Program-made: the position numbers and the translations under genes
From: an uncultured Bifidobacterium sp.
GTDB taxonomy: Bacteria > Actinomycetota > Acidimicrobiia > Acidimicrobiales > Ilumatobacteraceae
Direction of reading: 5' to 3'
DNA length: 64,000 bases
NCBI GenBank assembly: GCA_964556145.1
Contig: CAZKVD010000001.1
Span: 8,379-72,378 of the forward strand
Part shown: positions 36,522 through 45,415 of the stretch, piece by piece
How positions within the stretch are numbered: position 1 is the stretch's first letter
Layout: every line of letters begins with the position of its first letter
The notes under the pieces: generated by a model
What the model saw: the letters and a program-made list of their open reading frames with translations, nothing else
What the model was told of the DNA's origin: nothing
Database searches by the model: none

Positions 36522-38510
36522 TCAGATTTTCCTTTCCTTGCGGGTCGATCCGTTCGTACGAACATTCAGGAATCCGATCAATGCGCCGACAACGAGGAGC
36601 GCCAGCGCCGCGAAGAGAAAGCCGACGTTGAAGCGAGGACCGGTATTCGGAAGTTCGTCGGGAAAGAGCACGAGGAAGTCACTCTCAACCGGCGCCGTCG
36701 TCGTGGTCGGTTGCAGAAGTGCCTGAAACTCGGGTGCTGCTGTTGTCGACGGTGATGTCGTTGTCGTCGTGGACGGAGGGGCGGTTGTTGTCACGACGTT
36801 TGCGACAAAAGTGGTCGTTGGGCCCGTCGTTGTCGATGGTGCGACGGTCGTTGGCGCCACGGTTGTCGGCGCCACGGTCGTTGGCGTAACGGTTGTGGTC
36901 GGTGCGATTGTCGTCGTCGTCGTGGTTGTTGTCGTTGTGGTTGTTGACGTGGTCGTCGAAGTTGGTGGAACCACGACGGCGGTGATGGTTGCCGTGCGCA
37001 GTGGCGAGGTGACCCCGGCACCTGACGCGGTTGCTTTGTTCGTCACGGTCGCACTGTCGAGGTCGGCCGACGTGACCGCATAATTGGCAGTGCACGACAC
37101 CGACGAACCGGGCGCAAGCGTGGTCGTGGCGGCTCCACACGGGAAGGGCGTGCCGTTGGCGATGTGGTCGTCGGTGACCGTGAACTGTGCAGGGCCAAGC
37201 GGGACGTCGCCGTTGTTGGTGATCGTGTAGGTGTAGACGATGGCGTCGTCAACTTCATCAAAAGTGGTCGGTGATGCCGTTTTTTCGAGATCGATCGACA
37301 TCGGTCCGGTCACCGTGTTGCGGAAGATGCAGGTGACGATTTCTCCTTCGCGGACGTCGATCTCCACCCCACCGTTGATCGGAGTCTGACGGCCTCCATT
37401 CGGGTCTGCCACCGTGCAGTCCGCCGAAGACAATTGAAAGTCGTTACCGGTCATTTCGGTGATCGTGTGCATGCCGAAGTTGACGATGTTGCCGAACGTC
37501 TTCGTGTTCGCGGTCGTCCCGTCATCGACCAGTGAAAAGTTCGTCAACGGTGCGGGCGCTGCGACGAAGTCGTAAGCGGCGGATCCTTCGATCGAGGCCT
37601 CTTTGATGACGGTGATCGAAGCCCCGTATACGACAGCTTCACTCGACAATGACCGATCCTGGTTTCCTGCGCCGCAGTTCGTTGTATCGGAACAGCCGAG
37701 ACTGATGATTCGCATGTGGTAGGGCGAGCCCGGTAGTGACACGGCCGACTTGCCCGTTCCCCAGTCGCGTCGTTCGGCAATGTGGCCACCCCACGCCAGG
37801 ACGACGGTGTCGGAACTGGCGGTGACATAGACAGTGATGCTGGTCTGGCTGTTGTCCGCGTACGAACCAGTCCTTGTGTGCGGCGATGGGTTGGCTGCGA
37901 TCGTGCACGTGGCGGTTGCGCAGAGATCACCGTCGTTGTTCACCACCTGGCCTGCGGTGGGAAACGAGGCCCCGAATGCAGAGAACATGCGATCCGACAC
38001 CTCCGTGACGCCGGCTGCCGCAACATTCGGATCGAGCGGTATCGCCAACTCCGCCGTTGCGCCGCAGGTCGATGGCGTGCACGGATCCGCGGTCTGGACA
38101 CTCCGATCGAATGACGTGAGGTAATCGATCGCATGCTTGCCCGATTGCGTCGTATCCCATTCGATCGTGATGGCATACGTTGCCCCGACGGCCAGATCTG
38201 TCATCACGGCGCGGTACGCAACGCTTTCACCTTCGAGATAGCGCGAGTTGTTCGCGTTCAGATTCCCGTGCTGCCACTGTTCCGGGTGCGCGGTGTCGCA
38301 GGTTGTCCCCAGATTCGCGCACTGATCAAGCGTGATTCCGGCTTTTGCCTGTGCCGGTGCGACGATGCCGATCGCCCACGCCCCACTGCCTGCCACAAGA
38401 GCAGCAGCGAGTAACGCAATGAAACGACGTTTGCGTCGCAGGAACGATTCGAGTCGCCGCCTGCCGACGTTGAGTTCGGCCACCGAGCCGATGTCTTCCG
38501 AGGATCCCAT
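36522..38510 (-). CDS. sortase-anchored (LPNTG) cell-surface protein with DUF11-like repeat domain and Thr/Pro-rich stalk
   Basis: ORF 36522..38600, start taken at MGSSEDIG. Signal peptide ...APAQA. C-terminal LPNTG plus a hydrophobic helix plus RTNGSTRKERKI. Confidence 0.85.
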   Translation of the reverse strand: MGSSEDIGSVAELNVGRRRLESFLRRKRRFIALLAAALVAGSGAWAIGIVAPAQAKAGITLDQCANLGTTCDTAHPEQWQHGNLNANNSRYLEGESVAYRAVMTDLAVGATYAITIEWDTTQSGKHAIDYLTSFDRSVQTADPCTPSTCGATAELAIPLDPNVAAAGVTEVSDRMFSAFGASFPTAGQVVNNDGDLCATATCTIAANPSPHTRTGSYADNSQTSITVYVTASSDTVVLAWGGHIAERRDWGTGKSAVSLPGSPYHMRIISLGCSDTTNCGAGNQDRSLSSEAVVYGASITVIKEASIEGSAAYDFVAAPAPLTNFSLVDDGTTANTKTFGNIVNFGMHTITEMTGNDFQLSSADCTVADPNGGRQTPINGGVEIDVREGEIVTCIFRNTVTGPMSIDLEKTASPTTFDEVDDAIVYTYTITNNGDVPLGPAQFTVTDDHIANGTPFPCGAATTTLAPGSSVSCTANYAVTSADLDSATVTNKATASGAGVTSPLRTATITAVVVPPTSTTTSTTTTTTTTTTTTIAPTTTVTPTTVAPTTVAPTTVAPSTTTGPTTTFVANVVTTTAPPSTTTTTSPSTTAAPEFQALLQPTTTTAPVESDFLVLFPDELPNTGPRFNVGFLFAALALLVVGALIGFLNVRTNGSTRKERKI
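36838..36955. repeat. 15-bp tandem units (PTTVA) followed by a poly-Thr coding run inside the LPXTG gene
   Basis: Read directly from the sequence: GGCGCCACGGT(C/T)GT(T/C) units, then a GTN-rich run encoding T12 on the minus strand. Confidence 0.8.
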
Positions 38511-38642
38511 GTCAGCCTCCCGTTGAGCGTTGGAAACTGATCGGGGTCCGGGATCAGGATCGGCAACGTAACGGCGTGCTGCAGTCGAGCGACACGACAA
38601 TCCTCACATCCCTTTCGGGGGAGTCATTCGTACAGTCGAAAC

Positions 38643-39698
38643 ATGACGAGAAAGTTGTCGACATGCATCTCCGCATGCATGGTGGTGGTGACGCTTGCTT
38701 TTGTTCCGTCATCAGCGATCCTCGTGCGCGTCGATCCGTTGTTCGGTTACCATCGCGCGCCGGTCAGGGTTTTGATGACGCGTGCCGAGGCTGTGACCGT
38801 TGATCGCATGCAGCGCAGTGTGGTCACCAATGCAATCGGCATTCCCAGAACCGCCGCTTCCGTGGAATGGTTGATCGAGCCATCGGCGGTCCCCAGTCGG
38901 ACGCTGGACTTGTCGCGCAAGGTTCTTGCTCGTCTGCAGTTTCTCTTCGAAGACCTGGGTTTGACGAGGGCCGATCGCACGTTCGTCGTCGTCGGCCGTA
39001 GTCAAAAATTCATCAACGAGACTCTCGAATCCGTCGACTGTTTTCCGAACCTCGTTCGCACGGGCGGTGTGCACCTGATGGGTGCGGCGGTCTGCAACCG
39101 ACGCGTCATCGTGATCAACTTGACGGGTTATTTCTTTTTGCTGCGTGCGGGCGATGCGCTGACCTCGGACATGGAGACGAAGCCCGAACCGAGATTGTCC
39201 GGTTTCAACTACAAGATCGCCGACAGAAACATCTCCGGATTGGCGCACGAGTGGGTGCACGTGGCGCGCGCATCGGCGCACGATGGTCGTGTTGCAGTCG
39301 ACGAACCTGCGTGGGTGCGCGAGGGATTTGCGGAGTTGATGGCAGGTATCGCGCGTGTTCTTGCGTTCGCTCCGCGCATGGACTACCTCGACTTCCACGT
39401 TGTTCGACTGCGCAAGTTCGCCGACTGGGGTCGCTCCTGTCCACAATCTCTTCGCCGCTACCGAGAGGATTCGGACCTGCTCGCAGGTTGCGAGTACTAC
39501 CTCGGAGCCGTTGCGATGGAATACCTCGTTGCGCAATTGGGTGGTCTTCCGAAGGTGATCGAACTGTTTCGCGCAAGTGCCGAAGGTTTGAATTTCGGTC
39601 GGGCATTCCGCGAGACCTACGGCATCTCCCTCGACGCATTCGAAGCACGCGCTGACGCATATTTGCGACGCATCGCCGACCTTCCTGATCCGTCCTAG
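38643..39698 (+). CDS. secreted/membrane-anchored gluzincin-like protein (HExxH ... EGxAE, peptidase MA-like)
   Basis: N-terminal hydrophobic segment. HEWVH followed 18 aa later by WVREGFAEL. Confidence 0.55.
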   Translation: MTRKLSTCISACMVVVTLAFVPSSAILVRVDPLFGYHRAPVRVLMTRAEAVTVDRMQRSVVTNAIGIPRTAASVEWLIEPSAVPSRTLDLSRKVLARLQFLFEDLGLTRADRTFVVVGRSQKFINETLESVDCFPNLVRTGGVHLMGAAVCNRRVIVINLTGYFFLLRAGDALTSDMETKPEPRLSGFNYKIADRNISGLAHEWVHVARASAHDGRVAVDEPAWVREGFAELMAGIARVLAFAPRMDYLDFHVVRLRKFADWGRSCPQSLRRYREDSDLLAGCEYYLGAVAMEYLVAQLGGLPKVIELFRASAEGLNFGRAFRETYGISLDAFEARADAYLRRIADLPDPS

Positions 39699-39808
39699 GG
39701 GAATTCAACAGGGTACGGATGTCTCCTGACAGGACGTTTGGCGTGGTCTTTACTTCTCTTCGAAGACGTATCCGTCCGGAGGGGACGGTCGAAAGACAGG
39801 AGAATTCA

Positions 39809-40477
39809 ATGATCAGGACACTGTTGTGTGACGACCATGCGCTGGTGCGCGAATCGCTGCCGTTGGCGCTGGAGGCCGAGGGGGACTTCAAGGTTGTGGG
39901 GGCGGTGGCCACCGTGGCAGATGCCCTCGAGGTTGCCCGACGTGAGGACCTTGATGTTGCCCTCATCGACCTGCATCTTGCCGGCGAGAGCGGACTGTCA
40001 CTTGTCGAGGCCTTGCGCGGTACGTTGCCCGACTGTCGGCCGGTGATTCTGTCGGGGTTTCCTTCCGACGACTTGATCTACGAAGCCGGCAGGCTCGGCG
40101 CGTTCGACGTGATCGACAAGCAGTCGTCCACCCGCGACATTGCCTCACGCGTGCGCACCGCTGTCGGCGGGCGTCGAATGCTCGACGACTTCACCCGTCG
40201 TGCTGCAAAGGATCGTCTCGTGGGCGAAGGCCTGTTGACCTACAAGGAACTCGGGGCGACTGACCGGGAGATTCTCGCCTTGATTGCACAGGGCATGACC
40301 GACAAGCAGATCAGCCAGCGCGTGTTTCTGAGCGCCCAGACCGTTCGCAACCGCATCTCGCGACTGCTCGGTCTTCTTGGTCGCGACAACCGCACACAGC
40401 TCGCATTGATGGTGACGGCGATGGATCCGTTCGTTGAAGGTGTCTTGGTGCCTGCGTCCGCGACTGTTGGGAAGTAG
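39809..40477 (+). CDS. NarL/LuxR-type response regulator (REC + HTH)
   Basis: ORF 39719..40477, start taken at MIRTLLCDDH after AGGAGA. Contains the acidic pocket DD, a phospho-acceptor context ALIDLHL, and the LuxR HTH LTDREILALIAQGMTDKQISQRVFLSAQTVRN. Confidence 0.85.
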   Translation: MIRTLLCDDHALVRESLPLALEAEGDFKVVGAVATVADALEVARREDLDVALIDLHLAGESGLSLVEALRGTLPDCRPVILSGFPSDDLIYEAGRLGAFDVIDKQSSTRDIASRVRTAVGGRRMLDDFTRRAAKDRLVGEGLLTYKELGATDREILALIAQGMTDKQISQRVFLSAQTVRNRISRLLGLLGRDNRTQLALMVTAMDPFVEGVLVPASATVGK

Positions 40478-40482
40478 TCGAG

Positions 40483-40743
40483 GTGGAGAGCGACCCCGTG
40501 GCAACGGGTGACCACGATGTCGTGCGTCAACTCCGTGAGGCGCTTGATTCGCGCGTGGTCATCGAACAAGCGAAGGGAATGATCGCAGTTCAACGCAGGT
40601 TGCCGGTTGCGGCTGCTTTCGAGCAGCTACGTACCGAAGCGCGTCGACGCCGTGTCTCGATACATGTCGTGGCTGCAGAGGTGGTGCAGGCGCACGAGAG
40701 CCCGTCCGGCCCGGGGCTCATTGTCCGGCAAGGATGGGAGTGA
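40483..40743 (+). CDS. stand-alone ANTAR-domain protein (RNA-binding antiterminator domain)
   Basis: 86 aa. LDSRVVIEQAKGMIAVQRRLPVAAAFEQLRTEARRRRVSIHVVAAEVV matches the ANTAR pattern (IxQAKGxL...AF..LR). Confidence 0.7.
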   Translation: MESDPVATGDHDVVRQLREALDSRVVIEQAKGMIAVQRRLPVAAAFEQLRTEARRRRVSIHVVAAEVVQAHESPSGPGLIVRQGWE

Positions 40744-42307
40744 GTGTCAGCTCGGGTTCGTCGGCCAGCAGGCGCTGCAGTCGGAACTTGTTCTCGAAGA
40801 GCGCAACGAGCGCGTCGTCGCCACGCTTCAGGATTCTGATACCGCCGATTGCCTGAAGGCGGGGCACGCTTGCCTTGTCGGTCAAGCGAATGGCTTGGTA
40901 CACGGTCGGGCGGACCTCGATCGGTGCATTGAACTCGCCGGCCAAGCGATGCGCAAACACCTCCAACTGCAGGGCGCCGACCGCTGCGAGGATCGGATCG
41001 CTGTCACCCAGATCGGGGTCGCGCAGCACCTGAACAACACCTTCCTCGTCGAGTTGTGCGAGGCCCTTGCGGAACTGCTTGAAACGCCCCGAGTCGAGGG
41101 GACGTGCGGTGGCAAAGACTTCGGGCTCGAATCGTGGCACGCCGGGGAATTCGACGGCATCGTCGGCATAGAGAGTGTCGCCGATGCGCAGGTCGTTGGC
41201 GTTGATGAGGCCGATGATGTCGCCCGGATAGGCGGTCTCGATCGTTTCGCGGTCGTTCCCGAACGCCGTCGTTGCATACTTCGTGGCAACGAGTCGTTTC
41301 GATCTGATGCACGTGGCGTCCATTCCGCGTTCGAAAACGCCCGAGCACACCCGTGCAAATGCGAGTCGGTCACGGTGATTCGGGTCCATGTTCGCCTGGA
41401 TCTTGAAAACGAACGCCGAGAATGGCGAGTCGAGTTCGCGGGGCACGTCGTTCACGTCGGTACGCGGCGCGGGAGCCGGTGCAAGATCAACGACTGCGTC
41501 AAGGAGCATGCGAACACCGAAGTTGGTGAGTGCCGAGCCGACGAACACGGGCGTCGTGGATCCGGCCAGGAATGACTCGATGTCGACATTGGCACCGATT
41601 GCGTCGAGCAGAGAGCAGCCGTCGATGGCCGCGGTCCAAGCGGCACCCTCGGCTGCTGCCGCCTCGTCGGCCGGAACGACCTCTTCGGGGGAAAGTTCGG
41701 CACCGTGGGCAGTACGAACGAAACGGACGAAGTTGCCCGTGCGCCTGTCGATGACGCCCCGGAAATCGCCGGGGATGCCGACCGGCCAGGTGACCGGCGT
41801 CGGCTTCAGGCCGATCTGTTCTTCAACTTCGTCGAGCAGCTCGAGGGGATCGCGCCCCGGCCGGTCGTACTTGTTGAAAAACGTGATGACGGGCAGGTTG
41901 CGTGAACGACACACCTGGAACAACTTGAGCGTCTGGGACTCGATGCCCTTTGCCGTGTCGAGCACCATGACGACCGAGTCGACGGCGGCGAGTACGCGGT
42001 AGGTGTCTTCGGAGAAGTCGCGGTGGCCGGGAGTGTCGAGCAGGTTGAACGTGTGGCCGCGGTAGGGAAACTGCAGAACGGCCGATGAAATCGAGATACC
42101 TCGTTGCTTTTCGAGATCCATCCAGTCGGAGGTGGCCGCCTTGCGTCCACCGCGAGCCCGAACGGCCCCGGCCTCTTGCACCGCGCCTGCGTACAAGAGA
42201 AATTTTTCGGTCAACGTCGTTTTGCCCGCATCGGGGTGGGAGATGATTGCGAACGTACGCCGGTTGGCTGCCTGTGCCGACACGTCGGACTTTTGCTGGG
42301 GGTTCAT
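40718..42307 (-). CDS. prfC: peptide chain release factor 3 (translational GTPase)
   Basis: ORF 40718..42379, start taken at MNPQQKSD. Motifs RRTFAIISHPDAGKTTLTEKFLL, DTPGHRDF and NKYDR. Confidence 0.9.
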   Translation of the reverse strand: MNPQQKSDVSAQAANRRTFAIISHPDAGKTTLTEKFLLYAGAVQEAGAVRARGGRKAATSDWMDLEKQRGISISSAVLQFPYRGHTFNLLDTPGHRDFSEDTYRVLAAVDSVVMVLDTAKGIESQTLKLFQVCRSRNLPVITFFNKYDRPGRDPLELLDEVEEQIGLKPTPVTWPVGIPGDFRGVIDRRTGNFVRFVRTAHGAELSPEEVVPADEAAAAEGAAWTAAIDGCSLLDAIGANVDIESFLAGSTTPVFVGSALTNFGVRMLLDAVVDLAPAPAPRTDVNDVPRELDSPFSAFVFKIQANMDPNHRDRLAFARVCSGVFERGMDATCIRSKRLVATKYATTAFGNDRETIETAYPGDIIGLINANDLRIGDTLYADDAVEFPGVPRFEPEVFATARPLDSGRFKQFRKGLAQLDEEGVVQVLRDPDLGDSDPILAAVGALQLEVFAHRLAGEFNAPIEVRPTVYQAIRLTDKASVPRLQAIGGIRILKRGDDALVALFENKFRLQRLLADEPELTLTPILAGQ

Positions 42308-42371
42308 CGGACTACAGACGCTACCGACCGACGTAGTGTGACGCGGGGCAACGACGGGAAATGGGGAAGCA

Positions 42372-43454
42372 GTGAACAACGACGGAGTCTTTCAGCGGAT
42401 CGAGTTTTCCCATGGTCCGGCCATGGCGAACCGGCTGATGCTGGCCCCGCTGACGAACCAGCAGAGCCACTCCGACGGCACGCTGTCGGACGATGAGCAT
42501 CGTTGGCTCACGATGCGCGCCCTCGGCGGATTTGGTCTCACCATGACGTGTGCCGCGTCGGTGCAGTTCGCCGGAATCGGCTTCGCGGGACAACTCGGTG
42601 TTCACGACGATGCCCACGTGCCCGGCCTCACACGCTTGGCATGCGACATCAAGATGGCCGGCAGCGTCGCCATCGTGCAACTGCACCATGCAGGAAACCG
42701 CTCGCCACGTGAACTCACGGGCACCGATCCGCTGTGTCCGTCCGACGATCCGGAAACCGGTGCGCGTGCGATGACGAACGATGAAGTGCACGAGATGATC
42801 GGTGCCTTCGTTGCAGCAGCACGCAGGACGCAAAGTGCCGGGTTCGACGGGGTTGAACTGCACGGTGCGCACGGGTACCTGCTGTGCCAGTTCCTGTCGG
42901 CCGAACTGAACCATCGCGGTGACGAGTTCGGCGGGACGTTGGAGAATCGGTCGAGGCCACTGTTCTCGATCATCGATGGCATTCGCCGCGAATGCGGCGA
43001 TGACTTCCATGTCGGCGTTCGTTTGTCGCCGGAACGCTTCGGAATGCGGATCGACGAAATCATCGACGTCTACCGCCGTCTCGTCTCTGACGGGCAGGTC
43101 GACATGATCGACATGTCCCTGTGGGATTGGTCGAAGAATGCCAACGAAGAAGCACACGCCCACAGCCGGCTGATCGACATCTTCGCCGGAATCGAACGTC
43201 GCAACGTCAAATTGGCGGTTGCCGGAAAGCTGTACACCGCGGCTGCCGTCAGGGCCGTCATCGAATCGGGTGCCGACATCGCGGCAATCGGCCGGGCAGC
43301 GATCACGAACCACGACTTTCCGCACCGCATGCGTGACGACGAGGACTTCTCGATGCGTGCGCTCCCCGTAAGCGCCCAAATCCTGCGCGACGAGGGCTTG
43401 TCCGACACGTTCGTCGGCTACATGCGGAACTGGAAGGGTTTCGTCGCGGACTGA
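42372..43454 (+). CDS. NADH:flavin oxidoreductase (Old Yellow Enzyme family)
   Basis: 360 aa with motifs RLMLAPLTN, IVQLHHAG and GVELHGAHGYLLCQFLS. Confidence 0.85.
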   Translation: MNNDGVFQRIEFSHGPAMANRLMLAPLTNQQSHSDGTLSDDEHRWLTMRALGGFGLTMTCAASVQFAGIGFAGQLGVHDDAHVPGLTRLACDIKMAGSVAIVQLHHAGNRSPRELTGTDPLCPSDDPETGARAMTNDEVHEMIGAFVAAARRTQSAGFDGVELHGAHGYLLCQFLSAELNHRGDEFGGTLENRSRPLFSIIDGIRRECGDDFHVGVRLSPERFGMRIDEIIDVYRRLVSDGQVDMIDMSLWDWSKNANEEAHAHSRLIDIFAGIERRNVKLAVAGKLYTAAAVRAVIESGADIAAIGRAAITNHDFPHRMRDDEDFSMRALPVSAQILRDEGLSDTFVGYMRNWKGFVAD

Positions 43455-43474
43455 CCAGGGCTACGGTTTGCGCG

Positions 43475-44314
43475 GTGGAGGTGAAGCGACTGACCGGTGT
43501 GTTCGGCGCCGAGGTGGTTGTCGACGACGTACGTCGCCTTGGTACGACCGAAGTCGATGAACTTCGGCGCCACGTCTGTGACCATGAAGTCGTCGTCCTG
43601 CGCGGACAAACGTTGTCGGTCGCCGAGCAGGTGGAATTGTCGCGTCGGCTCGGACCGGCCGGCCCGGTGCCGTTCATCGAAGCGAGCCCCGACCATCCCG
43701 AAGTCATCAAGGTCGTCAAAGAGGCCGGCGACGGTGATGCCTTCAATTTCGGCGGGGCATGGCACAGCGACTTCAGCTTCCAGCCCGAGCCCCCGGCATT
43801 CACCCTCCTGTACGCGATCGACATCCCGCCATTCGGTGGCGACACCTTGTGGGCCTCGATGACGGCGGCATGGCGCGGTCTCTCGCCCGAAAGGCAGGTC
43901 GAACTGTCCCGGTTGGTCGCCGTTCACACCGCGCGCGATGCGTACTCACGAAAGATGCAACCGCTCCATTCCGGACTGTCGGGGATGAACATTGTCTGCG
44001 ACGACACTGCCAATGACGCCGAAGCGCATCCCCTGGTGGTGACTCACCCCGAGACCGGAAGAAAGTCCCTCTTTTTCAATCGGGCTTATGTTCGGGACTT
44101 GGTCGACGTCGACGACAAAGAGGCGGCGAGGCTCCTCGAGTGGCTGCACGCACACACGACCGACGCGCGGTTCACTCTGCGCCATCGTTGGTCGGTGGGG
44201 GATCTCGTCATCTGGGACAACCGGTCGACTCAGCACTATGCGTTGAATGACTACGCCGGATTTCGTCGTGAGTTGCATCGCACGACGGTCGCCGGCGATC
44301 GCCCACGGAGTTGA
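43475..44314 (+). CDS. TauD/TfdA-family Fe(II)/2-oxoglutarate dioxygenase
   Basis: HxD motif WHSDFSF. Distal His context VIWDNRSTQHYA. Confidence 0.85.
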   Translation: MEVKRLTGVFGAEVVVDDVRRLGTTEVDELRRHVCDHEVVVLRGQTLSVAEQVELSRRLGPAGPVPFIEASPDHPEVIKVVKEAGDGDAFNFGGAWHSDFSFQPEPPAFTLLYAIDIPPFGGDTLWASMTAAWRGLSPERQVELSRLVAVHTARDAYSRKMQPLHSGLSGMNIVCDDTANDAEAHPLVVTHPETGRKSLFFNRAYVRDLVDVDDKEAARLLEWLHAHTTDARFTLRHRWSVGDLVIWDNRSTQHYALNDYAGFRRELHRTTVAGDRPRS

Positions 44315-44320
44315 TCAACG

Positions 44321-45178
44321 ATGTTCCTGGCAATCGCAAGCACCGGTCGCACGGCAACGTCATACGTTGCCGAAGCACTGAACCATGTCGACGGGATTGC
44401 CGCGCTTCACGAGGGTCACTTGGGGAACGACGCAGGCTCCGATGTGCTTCCGATGGTGAATCTCGACAACTTCCAGTGCTTCAAGAGTCCTGAACGGGCG
44501 AAAATGGTCGTTTCCGAAAAGCGGAATCCCGAACTTCTCGAAGGCGTGTGTCGAGGCCTCGGTGTCGAGATGCTCGTCGACGTTGCCTATTACAACTCCG
44601 TTCTCTTGGCCGAGATGCTTGAACAGGTGCCGACGTCTCACGGTGCGATCATCATCAGGGACTGCGAGTCCTTTGTCCGGTCGGCAACGTGGTTCACGGG
44701 TACCGATCCGATGCCCGTCGGTTGGCCCGACCCGGCGAAGGCTCTCGATTCCCGTGAACGGTTCATTGGCCTCGGTCGACTTCGCCCATTCGATGGCGAT
44801 GATCTGCGCGAGTGGGCGGGTTGGGGTGCTGTCGAACGCAACATCTGGTTGTGGCGCGCAACAAACACCGTGTTGTGCAACACCTGGCAACGCTTTCCCG
44901 ATCGCGTGCACTTTCTCGATTTCAAGGAACTCATCAGCGATCCGACGGGCATTCTGCAGGGTCTGTTGGCTACCATCGGTCGTCCCCTCGTTGATGACCG
45001 CTTTGGCCAGCTCGAGAGGGCGCTCGTCGAGGCGCACCAGCGTCAAAACGAGCGGCGCGGCGGTTATCAGGTCGGTGCATCCGACACCTGGACCGCCGAG
45101 CAACGTCGTCTCTTGTCCGAGGCAACGAAGGAAATCGCGAGTCGAGTGGAGAAGTTGCGTGGCCGACGGGCTGGTTGA
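44321..45178 (+). CDS. hypothetical protein, sulfotransferase-like (P-loop-type STGRTATSY and RDCESFVRS)
   Basis: 285 aa. The resemblance to the 5'-PSB and 3'-PB motifs of sulfotransferases is by eye only. Confidence 0.4.
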   Translation: MFLAIASTGRTATSYVAEALNHVDGIAALHEGHLGNDAGSDVLPMVNLDNFQCFKSPERAKMVVSEKRNPELLEGVCRGLGVEMLVDVAYYNSVLLAEMLEQVPTSHGAIIIRDCESFVRSATWFTGTDPMPVGWPDPAKALDSRERFIGLGRLRPFDGDDLREWAGWGAVERNIWLWRATNTVLCNTWQRFPDRVHFLDFKELISDPTGILQGLLATIGRPLVDDRFGQLERALVEAHQRQNERRGGYQVGASDTWTAEQRRLLSEATKEIASRVEKLRGRRAG

Positions 45179-45185
45179 CCAAATA

Positions 45186-45407
45186 GTGGACATCATCAAG
45201 TCGGTGCTGTCGGCGCGGGGAGCCACCGACGTCGCGGTCTCGATCGACTCGGGAATGGGCAACCCTCCGGCGTGGGACTCGCTTGCCTTCGTCGAGATTT
45301 TCACGACCGTTTCCACGCGGCTCGGAATCGATGTCAGCGACGACGATGCAATCCACTTCATGACGGTGCGCGAAATCGTCGACTTCGTCGCCGATCAAGC
45401 CGGCTGA
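45186..45407 (+). CDS. acyl/peptidyl carrier protein (DltC-like)
   Basis: Tail of ORF 44562..45407. GTG 45186 lies 8 nt after the preceding stop. 73 aa with the phosphopantetheine-Ser context AWDSLAFVEI. Confidence 0.75.
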   Translation: MDIIKSVLSARGATDVAVSIDSGMGNPPAWDSLAFVEIFTTVSTRLGIDVSDDDAIHFMTVREIVDFVADQAG

Positions 45408-45415
45408 GGAGTCCC

